Part shown: positions 24,835-37,159 of the stretch, piece by piece
Layout of the letters: the number at the start of each line of letters is the position of its first letter
How positions within the stretch are numbered: position 1 is the stretch's first letter
Assembly (NCBI RefSeq): GCF_001194135.2
Contig: NC_069000.1
Span: 40,814,950-40,870,426 of the forward strand
Direction of reading: 5' to 3'
Origin: Octopus bimaculoides
Lineage: Eukaryota
Length of the DNA stretch: 55,477 bases
Program-made: the position numbers and the translations under genes
Notes under the pieces: model-generated
Told to the model about the DNA's origin: nothing
Databases searched by the model: none
What the model saw: the letters and a program-made list of their open reading frames with translations, nothing else

Positions 24835-26313
24835 TTGTATTACATGCGTCTTTGAATGTATTCAGTTCTAGCAAAAAGACTAGCATTTCGGTTAGCAGTA
24901 AAGAAGACAGGGTCCCACTGGCATCAGGAAAGTAGCCATGCTCAATATACAGAAACAGAGTACTTAGGAATCCCATACTCTGTACTAATGGTAAATTGCA
25001 GACTCACAACTGATAATGTGAGATCATTGGCAGAGTAACAGGAGAGTTAGAAGCCATATGCAGCACATATGTGGTAGAGAAGCGAGCAGTAAGAATATAT
25101 GTGAAATAAATTCTTTTAAATACTCTGAAAACTCCTTATAATTAGCTGACAGTTTAAGTTACTCAGGTGGGTATTCTAAATGCATAGCTGCCACACTAAA
25201 GTTGGTAAAGGTTCAAATTTAAGCTGCTGTTATCGTATCTAGTAATAAAGGGCTGGCTTGATTTTGAAGTGCAATACTGCATGTTTTGCTGTAAATGTAG
25301 AGGACTTGCAAAGGCTAGAGAGAAATGAAGCAAGAATGCTTTTTTCCTTTTTTACTTTACTAGTCTGAAAGAGGGGCACTGTTAATTATTTTTGAATGCC
25401 CTCATAGACCAGTATATATATATGAACTGAGTAATCTGATAGGTTATGCTGATGTGTACAAATAATGGAACACAAATGAGCTGAAAGAAAAACTTGGATA
25501 CACAAATGAATAGGATGTAGTGTGCAATGGAGAAAATTACATCAGTACAGGCATGTGATGCACACACACACACAGGGTACTGGTTCTGTGAATAAATGCC
25601 ATGCACTCAAAGTGGATGTAAAATATGAAAGAAGATCAAAGACATGGGATGAAATGATGAAGACTGATACCCAAATGCTGAAACTCTTGAAGGACGAAAA
25701 ACTGTGATGAAAAATTGTGCTGGAGAAGACCTGTCTAACCTACACAAGCAAGAAAAGGTGCTCACCATACCTTTCAAACAAGAAGCAATCGCAATACACA
25801 GACTTCACACCGTAAAACAAAGGTAAATGGGAAAATATTGCAAGACAATATATCCATGCTTATACTAATTAAATTCCAGCTTGGCAAGCCTCAACCACAC
25901 TACAAAAAAATATTTTGTTGGCTGCTTTCTGTAGAGGAAAAGACGTTCCTGTCTCGTTCCCAATGACTGAGGGACTATGATAATCGTAACTCAGTGTGCC
26001 TTTGTGAGTTCGTGTGTTGAAGCATATTCTGTTGTGTCTAGGGAGAGTCATTTTCTTTTTGTGCCTTATAATTTAACACACTCACCGGTACAATTTCCAC
26101 TTATTCCTTATTTTTATTTTCCTAAAATTTTCGTTGCGTCTTGCAACCTTTTCAATAGTCTTGACTGTCTTTACCGGTGAGTGTGTTAAATTATACGGCA
26201 CAAAAAGAAAATGACTCTCCCCAGACACAAGAGTATGTATATATATATATCATCATCATCATCATCATCGTTTAACGTCCGCCTTCCATGCTAGCATGGG
26301 TTGAACGATTTGA

Positions 26314-26363
<50 letters not shown>

Positions 26364-27038
26364 GATATATATATATATATATATGCATATATATATACAC
26401 ACACACACACATACACTTTATATAAATATACATACACACATACATGCACACACAATTTATATATATATATATATATTATATCAATACATATATGTACACA
26501 GGCATATCATGCATATACATATGAACATATACGTGTACTCATCTTCATGGTAATACAGGTTACTACATGTCCATGTTCAGCAACAACATCCTCACTCATA
26601 ACAGGATGTAACCTGACTTGTCACTTTCACTACTTTTAAATTTCCTACAGAACTTTGCCAAAGGCTGTAAACATGTGAAACCATAAGTCCATGTTTTATC
26701 TCCAGTACCTCATTCACAATTGGAATTACATTAGTACCGTCAGTGTACAATTTGACTCATTGATGGTTTGAAAACTTTTGTTTTCGTCTCTGGCTCTCTC
26801 ATTGACAAGTCATTCTTACTGTCCTAAGCCTAGGGACAATACTCAATTCCTCGAGTCTGGACTTGAAACAGGTGGAGATCATGGCAGGAAGGGAGGCTTA
26901 TGGAAGTTATGAGAGTACACAAACACACATAATCAATTGTTTTATATTATAAATTCCTTCAGTTCTATATTTAAGAGACGAGGAATTATTTACATTATTT
27001 ACATTTGATGGATATTCGTCCTCATCTTGTTTGTTGTT

Positions 27039-27084
27039 AACACAACGTTTCGGCTGATATACCCTCCAGCCTTCGTCAGGTGTC
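27039..27084 (-). ncRNA. Minimal type I hammerhead ribozyme (Penelope-type, predicted dimeric)
   Basis: Minus strand: GACAC-CUGACGA-A-GGCUG(gagggtatat)CAGCC-GAAA-CG-UU-GUGUU. Stem I is GACAC/GUGUU and stem III is replaced by the palindrome AACGUU. Confidence 0.75.
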
Positions 27085-27128
27085 TTCGGGAAATTTCGAA
27101 CCTGGGTTCTCATTCCTATCGATTCCAC

Positions 27129-27203
27129 GGGCATATGGCGTAGTGGTTAAGAGCGCAGGCTACTAACCCCAAGGTTCCGAGTTCGATTCACGGCAGCGAC
27201 CTG
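27129..27203 (+). promoter_or_regulatory. tRNA-like SINE head with Pol III A and B boxes (not a functional tRNA)
   Basis: A box TGGCGTAGTGG 27136-27146; B box GTTCGATTC 27181-27189; acceptor stem not formed; followed by (AAT)n. Confidence 0.75.
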
Positions 27204-27242
27204 ATTAATAATAGTAATAATAATAATAATATAATAATAATA

Positions 27243-27274
<32 letters not shown>

Positions 27275-27318
27275 GTAACATCGATAGGAATGAGAACCCA
27301 GGTTCGAAATTTCCCCAA

Positions 27319-27364
27319 GACACCTGACGAAGGCTGGAGGGTATATCAGCCGAAACGTTGTGTT
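27319..27364 (+). ncRNA. Minimal type I hammerhead ribozyme (identical to the 27039-27084 motif, opposite strand)
   Basis: GACAC-CTGACGA-A-GGCTG-GAGGGTATAT-CAGCC-GAAA-CG-TT-GTGTT; predicted cleavage after GUU at 27359. Confidence 0.75.
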
Positions 27365-27934
27365 AACAACAAACAAGATGAGGACGAATATCCGTAAAAT
27401 GTAAATAATATAAATTCCTTAATTAGCACTTAAAAAAAAAATGTTATATCACCTCTTAACACATACACAAGTTATTTGAGAGAGTGTATGCACGCATACA
27501 TAAAAATACACACATGTAGAAGTGCTTGTCTATGTATATGTTGATTGTGGCTGTTGTTATGTCTTAAATTTCAGGAAGCAGAAGTAGCCAAGACTATCAG
27601 CTCTCGTACTTGACCGATACTTTAACTTATTGACCTCGGGAGAGTTTGAAATTTGACTTCGATGTGATTTGAACTTTTGTGCGTGAATGTTTGCCCACGT
27701 ATATGCATACATGAATGTCTGTGTGTGCAACATAATTTATAAAACATGCTAAATAAATGAGGTAGACCCCATACGTTCATTCCACTTACAGGAAACTGTA
27801 ACCGAATTTTCTCCAGTCACAATCTACCTGAAATAAGGAAGAATACATTGTTTAATATCTTTGATGTACAAAGAGATGGGATGGTCAGGGCCCTGGGCCT
27901 GCTCATTCAGAGTTGTCTAAGGGCAAGACAATAT

Positions 27935-28240
27935 CATTGTCGTTGTTTAACATCTACTTTCCTCACTGGCATGGGTTGGACGGTTTGACTGAGAACTGGC
28001 AGGCCGGGAGGCTGCACCAGGCTCCAGTCTGATTTGGCAGGGTTTCTACTGCTGGATGCCCTTCCTAATACCAACCATTCCGAGAGTGTAGTGGGTGCTG
28101 GTGTCGGCAGTGGCATCAGCCATGCTTGAATGGTGCTTTTTATGTACCACTGGCACGAATCCCAGTCAGGCAGCACTGGCATTGGCCATGCTCAAATGGT
28201 GCTTTTTACATGCCATTAGCACAGGTGCCAGTCAGGCAGT
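27935..28240 (-). mobile_element. Repeat family A, diverged
   Basis: gtttaacatctactttcctcactggcatgggttggacgg...gagagtgtagtgggtgct. Confidence 0.8.
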
Positions 28241-29231
28241 AAGAAATATAGCAGTAAGAAAAAATTAATTCAATCATTAAAGGATTTTAAATTACATTTG
28301 TAACAAAAGTTTTTTTATTTATATATCAACATAAGACGGAGCCTCATTTGGAGTTACAGTGCCTTGGAGTTCCAAAGCCCTACAGAGGGCATGCACTTAT
28401 CTTTCAAAAAAAAAAAAAATTATGAAAAATAAAGTAATTATTTTACATTATAAATAAATGAATATGTAAGACATAAATAATACATGCATTTACAAGTATT
28501 ATACATACATACATACATATATGTGTGTGTGTGTGTGTAAAAGGCAAAAGATTTATCCACTCAGGATGAGATACCAGTTACACACTCTTGGTCAATGTAA
28601 TCAACTAGCCACCTCCCCTAAAATTTCAGGCCTTGTGCCTATAGTAGAAAGGATTACACACGTGTCTGTCTGTCTGTGTGTTTCTGTGTGTGTGTGTTTA
28701 CAGCTTGTGAGGTTAATTTTACATAAAAACACGAGCACAGCTTTTGTTTCTACTCAACTAGTTAACTAATTAACCTATAAACAAATGAATTGTTGAGTTG
28801 CTAAGTCATATGGACGTAAACAAACCAACAGCAGTTGTCAAGAGGTGAGAGACAAATACAAACACACACACAAATAATAGGTCTGTGTACACACATACAC
28901 AAATGCAATTATATGTATCTTGCATGTGTGTGTGTGTGTGTGGTAGTCAAGTCATCATTCGGTCTATTTAGTTTTCAGTAGGTGTAGGGGGAGGGAATTC
29001 CGCAATGCATATGCACGAGTCAAAAGAAAAATAACATATTCAGAGTCGGAGCAGGCGACACGAAACAGTAAACAACTTTAGTTCAAATCTAGGTCGCATA
29101 CTATACCCCCCAGCGGACTGTTTATCAAAGAAGCTGATTGATAGTAAGGAGACTTCACAAGAGTAACAGAAAGGGAAAATGTTAAACAGAGAAGACCAAT
29201 AATGACAGCAACAACAACAACAATAATAATA

Positions 29232-29820
29232 ATTCTTTCTATTTGCCATAGGCACAAGGCCTGAATTGTTTTGGTGGATGGGAGGTAGGAGGGGGGTCTA
29301 GTCGATTACATAGACCCTGGTGATCAACTGGTATCTATTTTCTCAACTCTGAAAGGATGAAAGGAAAGTCGACCTTGCCAGAATCTAAACTCAGAACACA
29401 AAGCCGGAAGAAATCCTGCTAAACATTTAGTCCGGCATGCTAATGATTCTGCCACCTCGTCGCCTTAATAATGATAATAATCCTTTCTACTGTAGGTATA
29501 AGGCCTGAAATTTCGGTGGAGGATACTAAGTCGATTACATCGAACCTAGTGCTCAACTGGTAGTTATCTCAACGACCCGATGGATGAAAGGCAAAGTCAA
29601 CCTAGGCAGAATTTGAACTCAGAATGTAAAGACGGGCATTCATTCAAATTTTGGTACAAGGACAGCAATTTTTGACCCCTCAATTCTTGACTGGTTCTTT
29701 ATTTTATCGACCTCAAGAGGATGAAAGCAAAGTCGACCTCATCGGAATTTGAACTCAGAACGTAAAACTGAAAGAAAAACTACTAAAAATTTTGCCTGGT
29801 GGTTCTAATACTCCACCGCT
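29232..29820 (-). mobile_element. Three tandem SINE family E copies
   Basis: Units at ~29232-29466, 29480-29640 and 29670-29820, all in the same orientation. Confidence 0.8.
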
Positions 29821-30337
29821 CAAATAATTCCTAACATAGGCACAGAGCGAGAGATTTGGTGGTTGAGGGTAAGTGAATGTAAAAGTTGATTAAATTCACT
29901 GCAATTTGTGGTTAGCGGGACTTTATAAATAAAACACGCAATTTCCTGAGGAAAACAACGTTAATTAACTATTTTTTTTTTTAGTGGTGCGGCCCGTCCG
30001 ATGACGAGCCCTGTTTCATGCGGCTCGATTCTCGGACAAGGTTGTCCGTGCCTTATTTAAATGGCACTTCTAATTATCGACCTCCTAAGGAATAAAAAGC
30101 AAAAGTACTCGGCGGGATTTGAACTGCGATAACGATTTCAAAAACGAAATAAAAAAAAAATAAAGGAGTAAACAAATACGAGAAACTTACTAATTAACAT
30201 CAATGACGATAACGATGATGATGATGCTGATGTTGATATTGTTGTCAATACCTCAGTACACGGAACGTGTGGTGCAGATTGAGTGCCGGGGGAAAGAAAA
30301 CACACCACCAGTAGTAGTGGTCACAGTGGCATATTAT

Positions 30338-30372
<35 letters not shown>

Positions 30373-30712
30373 TTGATGATGATGATGATGTCGATGACGA
30401 TGATTTCCATAACAGAAAGCTTGCACATAAGTAGAGAAGTGTTGCTGATTTAATTTTTCTTTTTAATTACAGTGGGGTCGGAATCCAGTGTACAATGCAA
30501 CAGCGTGGATTCCGCTAAAAGAATTAAGTAGATGTTAAACTAAACGAAGGAATAAGTTAACCACCTCCAAACCTGATCCTAAACATATTGCCGGTATCAT
30601 CAATCCCAGAGGCAACGAACGACCCTCCTGCACGAGTAGTCTAAAGAAAAAGGAATAATAAAGATGTGCAAAATCTAATATTTTGTTAATTATGATTTGT
30701 GCGTATAAATAC

Positions 30713-31100
30713 CTGTGTGTGTGTGTTTAAAAATGTTAAACAGAAAAATGACAGGAAAAATTGTTTTCTTTTTTAACAACTCTAATCAATACGATTATCA
30801 AACAGTCCAATATGAATGGACCCGAGAGAGAATCTTTCTCTCTTGGTCCCTTTCTCACACATAAGCAGCATATGCCAACGCGCGCACAAACACGGATCAC
30901 TGTTTCGAGTCGACTGTCGGCGAAGAAATTTCAAACGATAAACAGCTGACTGAACATTTTGTTTTCTTTGTAACAAAACTTCATAGGAAGACAATCTCCA
31001 CCCCCACCTTGTTTCTCTCACCCGCTTTCTTACTTTTTTTTCTTTCGTCGTCCGTCTCACACGTATATTTTCCATCCCCTCCCGCCCCATTTTCGTAACC
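30713..31100 (-). promoter_or_regulatory. Candidate alternative first exon/promoter for the 757-aa ZNF gene
   Basis: Unique CpG-retaining sequence with a GGGGCGGGAGGGG (Sp-like) motif on minus at ~31075-31088 and a donor CAG|GTATTT at 30712. Confidence 0.3.
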
Positions 31101-32499
31101 AAGTATATAATATGGCACACAGCAACAACACAAAACAATGGTAACGATTTTTGATATTGGCAGAAGGCCAAATATCTTTAGTGATGGCCATAAAATACAT
31201 AAGATTAAATCGATGCAACAATATATTACAGGTACTTATTTCATAGACATTCGTAACGTACATGAAGGAAAGAAAGAAACGAAATCATCTTCAAACCAGA
31301 TAACCTGTTCCGAATATATTCAACAGAGTGAACTCCTCAGGAATACCCAAGGAATAATACATTAAACAGGGCAATGGATTAACTCTTCTCTCCATTAACT
31401 CAGAACGTAAAGAACTGGAAGAACTATTTGCAAGGTATCTTATCTGATACTTCAACAATTCCGCCAATTCAATGCCCTGGATCCAAAAAACGATGAACGG
31501 CAAAGTTGACCATGGTGACATTTGAATTCAGAGCGCGGAACTGGAACAAATAGCGAAAGGCATTTTATCTTTGCCTTGATGGGGTCGGAAGGGTTCGATC
31601 GTAACCCATTCCTCTTTAGGTACGACCGCTGCCCATTTCAGAGAGAGAAGACTCATTATCAGAACTGGACTTGTAGTTGATTTATCGACCCCGAAAGGAC
31701 AAAAGACAAAAGTTGACCACGGCAGGTTTTGAACTTCGTGTAGCGCGTAGAGAACTGGAACGAATATAGCGACGCTCTAAAGACTCTACCGAGTATTAAG
31801 CAACGATGAAAACTCAACTCCGGTGGGATTTGAATTCAAGATGCAGACAATCACAGTCAAGCGCTTCACCGGCTGAAAGAACGGATAAAAACACCAGCAT
31901 TTGACAGGTAATCTGTTTATCAACCTCAGAAAGATGACAACTATGATCGACCTCGGAGAGATTCAGCTTTGTTTTTACAACTATCTGGGGTTGACAAAGT
32001 AAAGGATCAGTCAGGCGCTAGAGCCGATCACATCAAATGACTATATATACCCTTTCCGCTAACTTTTAATGATAATTTGTTTAGAACATCTGTATTTTGA
32101 AACGAGTTGGTCAGAATGTGCTCTCCTCTGTGTCACATCCAAGGAAGCGGATGAACGAATAAATACACCGATTATAATGGACATCATTATTTTGGTTAGT
32201 ATAATGATTAATTATTATACTGGTTCAAAATCAGAATTTCGTAAGGAAGCCGTGCAAGATGACTGTATTCTATAGTTGACTGGGCGGAGGTAAAGAATAC
32301 GTACACCACCTGTTTTCGGCGTAACAAAAACCCTGGCCCTAACCTTAACCCTAAACACTGGGTGCGTGTATTCTTGTCGCCAGTTGACTGATATGTATAT
32401 ATATATATATATTTTATAGATCCTGAAAATGGAAAAAGTAAAGTCGACTTCGGCGAAATTCGAAATCTGAACGTAGAGGGCCAACTCGAGAGCATCTAC

Positions 32500-35400
32500 C
32501 CAGACACTCGACCTACTAGAAATAGCAGCCAAATTTGCATTGAATTAGTCTTAAATAGAGGCTACAATGTAGTCCGTGATATGCAAAAAGACAGGATTGT
32601 CACAGTTGTTCATTTCGACCAGAGATGACCTGAGGAGAAATAACAATAAAATACAGATGGCCACTGGACCAACGCTGTTTTACTGCCATTTCCTTAGCTA
32701 ATAATAATAATAATTTTAATTTTTCTTACTTTTTGTAATCGGGGCTCATTCAAGAATACAAAACGTGTAACCAAAAAGGTAATAAAATGGGTCGTGTGGA
32801 GGTATACAAATACGTAGTTATGCAAAAACAACAAATAAAGAAAAGCTGTTACGCGATACATATATAAAGACAAGGTAAAAATTGGACAAAAATAATACAC
32901 AGAATAATAGACAGATTTCATTAAAAAAAATATAAATCAATGAATGTAAATGAATAGAAATATGGGCAAACTCCCGCCCCATACACAGGTGAGAAACCGC
33001 CACCAAAGCTCACCTTCCACTGGTCTACTCGAACGTACAAAAAGTAGCTTCGTGCATCTTTTTTTTATTTATTTTGGTCAACCAAGCCGTGCGGAGCCCT
33101 TTCGTTTTATGGTGCAAAAACCCTTCAAAAGTTCATTGATCACCCAGCGCAGTCTTTATTAAGAATCAGTGTGGGGTTGTTAGGCACTGTCCCACCGTCT
33201 TTTCGCTTCTAACACAGACACGAATGTATAGTCGATTTACATTGATTTCCGTATCTGACTGGCACTTGTTAAGGATGAGAGCGAAGTTGAATTCAGCTGG
33301 ATTTGAACTCAGAACATAAATAACATGACGCACTTCATTAATGTCTAGCGCTCTACTGATTGTGCTATTTACTACCCTCAGCTAATTTTTATTTTTATTA
33401 CTGTTACTCTAAAGTCAAGGTTGGTAGTAGTAAGTATAATTAAAACACGTTGTAATTAATTTATGAATCTGTCAACACATCGAAACAGCCAATAAGCAGA
33501 AATAGTAGCCAAATTTTCCCATCGTTTAAGATGGGGAAAAAAAAAAAAAAAAAAACATACATTAGATAATGTCCTAGCTACCCTTAGAATACAAGGTGGT
33601 CATGGCTGGACAACTTTTGATCATAGATTAGTTCGATGAAAGCTGATCCGAAGCGAAACAACAACCGGAGAGAGCCTCTATCAGGCGGTCATTCGATCTG
33701 CTAGAAAGAGCAGCAAAATCTCATTCAAATTAAACTATCTTAAAATAGGATGAATACATTAGACTGGACACTGCTTGAAATGATGATGATAATGGACAGA
33801 ATGGTCACGGTTAGAATGGCTTTGATCTCAGATCTGCTTGATTATGGTTGACATATAATTAAAGAAAAGAAAACAACAAACAGGGATGGATGGATGTTTC
33901 GCATTTCTTAATTTCTATTTCATTTTCGCATCACTTGGAGGAAGGTAGTTCACACACACACGTGTGTGATTCATTACACATATCAAAAGCTCCAGGTAAA
34001 TATAAATATATCTAATGGGAAGATATTGAGGGACCATAGCATTCGTGTTTTTTCTAAATGTGATGAAACTGAGAGGAGATCCTAGCAGGGTAGAGTGGCT
34101 GGTTATTACCAAAGACTCTACAGAGGGGTTCATCTCTACGCATTCATCAAATTGACTAATTAATTCATCAGCAAACAATTAAAATATGTATGACCGAGCC
34201 AAGGAGGGAGCCTCTGCGCAGTCGCCCGACCTGCTAGGAATAGCAACCAGATCTCTCCTAAATTACATCTTACTGTCTTACAAAAGGGAACTATTGAGAT
34301 GAAGTAATTAATCGCAGACATCAGTAAAAAAAAGAAAAAAATCGGGGTGGCCACGACTAGAAGTTTACTTATTCGTAGTTGACCTGGTTGACAAGAGAAC
34401 CATGACAAGCTGCAATCATTAAATAAAGGTGATGCAGTGGTGACAATGATGACCCTGCAGAGCAGTTGGTTAAACAGTATCTAAACACTGCGGGAAGCAG
34501 CAAAAAGCTAGGTTGTTTACGATGAGAAGAAGACTATTGTTATCTCTGGATCTAAACATGTTTTCTGACATTGGCATCAGGCCAACATTTTGCATGACAA
34601 GAATATATAGTCGATTAAAGTGACCCTGGTACGTGCCTGGTACTTATTTTATCGACTCCATCCTCCACCAGAAAGACTAGATCCGGGCTTGATTTGAACT
34701 CAGAACAACGTAAAACGGCAAACTAAAAATACTGAAAGACATTCTCGTTCGACGCTCAACCGATTGTCGTTTACTCCTTTATCTTTCCAATAAATAATAA
34801 GAAAATAATAAAAACACATTGTCCATTTCTCTTTTAATCAGAAGGGTAATTTATTAAAAGAGGAGGAAGTGGCTTTAGTATAGTTAACCTGCTTGTCATT
34901 TAACAGCAGCCACCAAGTCACAGTTATTCTTCTGCGGGTGACTTTTTGTTATTTTAATAAGACTTCGCCATCCACACATAAACAAAGTTAACGCAAAGAG
35001 AGAGAGAGAGAAAGAGTAATACTAAAAAGAGAGAACGAAGCAGCTGTCCGGCACACTCACACTCTATACTAGTCTATCTCCCTTTCACTCCCTCACTGTC
35101 TCAGTTTCTCTCTCTCACTTTCACTCACACTGTCTTACTTTCTTCCACTCACACTCTAGTACAGCTTTTCTTTCTCTCTTTCGCTCACACTCTAGCTTAG
35201 TTTCTTTCTCTCTCTCCCTCACTCTTTATCTCAAAGACATATTTCATAGAGATAAAGAAAGCGAAAATGCATAACTCAGTGTAATATAGTCAACAATATA
35301 AATAGGTAATACATTTAAATGTTAAAAAAAAACACCAACCACAATAATAAAAAAAGCAAAAATAAAATGTTTCTTTTTTTTTTTTCGGAACTTACCTGAA

Positions 35401-35800
35401 GCAAACTCTTGTCGAGGAAGAGTTTATGCATAGCGTGAGTAGTTAAATAAATAATAAGACAATGAAGGAGTCACAAAGTCGGTTGACAGTCGCCATAACA
35501 CACATGACGTCATTTGCACGTCGTTGGCTGTTCGCTACTCTTATGTTAGAGAGCTCACTCAAGCTGCATGGCGACGTTGTTTGCTTGGCTTGTGTGCTGT
35601 TGTATGTGTATGGATCTGTTTGGCCTTGTGACAGCAATCACGGTTGACCTAAACATTTCTAGCCAACGATGATGGTGCCTCTACCTACTCAGTCAATCGA
35701 TCCGCTAGAAATAACAGCCAAATTCTATTCAAATCATACCATAAAATCTTGTTTTAGCCTTGATTGAGTAGATCTATTATGAAAGACGTTTCATTTGTGA
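32500..35800 (+). mobile_element. Dispersed fragments of a further repeat family (cgacctgctagaaatagcagccaaat...ctaaacaacaac)
   Basis: Related pieces at ~32500-32650, 33480-33665, 33690-33880, 34200-34300 and 35640-35800. The span marks the region, not one element. Confidence 0.6.
35396..35575 (-). promoter_or_regulatory. Candidate promoter and first non-coding exon (CRE palindrome, YY1-like motifs, perfect donor)
   Basis: Donor CAG|GTAAGT at 35395; CGCCAT at 35491-35496 and ATGGCG at 35568-35573 (YY1-type core); TGACGTCA at 35505-35512; CpG-rich unique sequence. Confidence 0.55.
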
Positions 35801-36014
35801 TTGATAATCCCGTCTTTTATTCAGACGTAGTGCATCTAAAACTACGGGATCACCTGAAGAATCGTTTCACCAACCCTCATTGAATATTTGTATAAAGAGG
35901 ATAATTATCCTTTGTGTGAAAATTTAAAGTAAAAAAAAAAAATAATAATAATTTACCGTTTTCAGAAACTAATTGAAGTTACAATAATTTATCTTTTTTT
36001 TTAAATTTTTTCAG

Positions 36015-36320
36015 TTACTTATTTCAGGCATTGGACTGCAGCTATGTTGAAGCATCGTCTTGAAAGGTTTTGGTCGAACAAATCGACCCTCTTATTCTAT
36101 CGTTTATTTTTGCCGAACCGCTAAGTTACGGGGATGTAGACAAATGAAGTTTACCAAGCGGGGTGGGTCGGGGAGAGAGAGATACACACACATACATACG
36201 ACGGGCTTCTTTCAGTTTCCGTCAATCAAATCCACTCACACGGCATTGGTCAGCCCGAGGCCCATAGAAGACACTTACTACAGATGCCACACAGGACTAA
36301 ACCCATAAGCAAACTTCTTA
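36015..36320 (-). mobile_element. CORE-like SINE family C, 5'-truncated
   Basis: Tail and partial head around a (GA)(CA) tract. Confidence 0.7.
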
Positions 36321-36834
36321 GCACACATAAAAATAAGCATAAATAGAAAATGTCGACTTCCGAATACCTCGTAATAAACAACTACAAAATGGAAACTCCG
36401 ACGACAGACACACTATAAAATGGTGACCCTTGAATACCCGAACTAGCATAGAACACAGCCTACATCCAAACAACCACAAAATGATGATGACCCAGCATGC
36501 AAGGCAAGCTTATAGATGCCAGGCACCATTAGCATTACACTTGTAATTGACTGACATGAATAATGACGAAGACTAACAATAGACGAATGATGCCTGAACA
36601 GAACTGATGATAGGGAAAACGATGAAAAATATGCTGTTTTGCACGAAATACTTACATTCACAAAAAGAGACTTATGGCACCTGACTGCTATTTCTAACAA
36701 ATCTCACAGTTTTCATTGCTGAGAAGTTTCTTTTGCTATATTACATCTCGGGTCACCATTATGTAGTTGTGTTATTTATTAACATGTATAATCAATAGGA
36801 GAAACAATTATATTTTTTAAAATGCTTATCTATA

Positions 36835-37110
36835 ATACCTGGAAAGGCTGTGTGGTTAAAAAGTTTGCTTCATAACCCCATGATTTCAGTTTCAGTCCCT
36901 CTGTATGGCGACTTGGGCAAGTGTTTTCTGCTATAGCCCTGGGCTGACAAAGAAGCCTTATGAGTAGATCGATATAGAAACTGAAAGAAATCTGTAGCAT
37001 ATTTTTGTGTTCTTGTCTTGATAGTTGCTGGCGTGAATCACTATCATGCAAACTGTGTCATACATTTCCAATCTTCCATGAAAACATGTCTAGCCTTGGG
37101 GAGATATTGG
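36835..37110 (+). mobile_element. CORE-like SINE head with a different 3' part
   Basis: ggctgtgtggttaaaaagtttgcttc...ttcagtccctctgtatggcgacttgggcaagtgttttctgctatagccctggg. Confidence 0.6.
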
Positions 37111-37159
37111 AAACAGGCTAGAGTTGGCAACAGGAAACGTATCTGACTGTAAAAAATCT

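Larger units (their letters stand above)
26960..27420. mobile_element. Penelope-like non-autonomous element: inverted ~140-bp arms flanking a tRNA-like head and (AAT)n
   Basis: Arms ~26978-27123 and 27280-27419 are reverse complements and each contains a hammerhead core. A second copy lies at 37160-37541. Confidence 0.8.

Noticed and set aside
27129-27203. Functional tRNA gene
   Set aside because: A/B boxes and an anticodon-like loop are present, but the acceptor stem does not pair and the sequence runs into (AAT)n. It is a SINE-type head; the same applies to the heads at 12240-12310, 16350-16422 and 37314-37383.
35568-35672. + strand 34-aa signal-peptide-like ORF MATLFAWLVCCCMCMDLFGLVTA...
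   Set aside because: No convincing splice donor, its 3' part lies in a repeat, and ATGGCG is explained as a YY1-type motif.
36651-36720. Minus-strand donor AAT|GTAAGT at 36655 as an exon
   Set aside because: No adequate polypyrimidine acceptor upstream and no other support; single consensus words are expected by chance.
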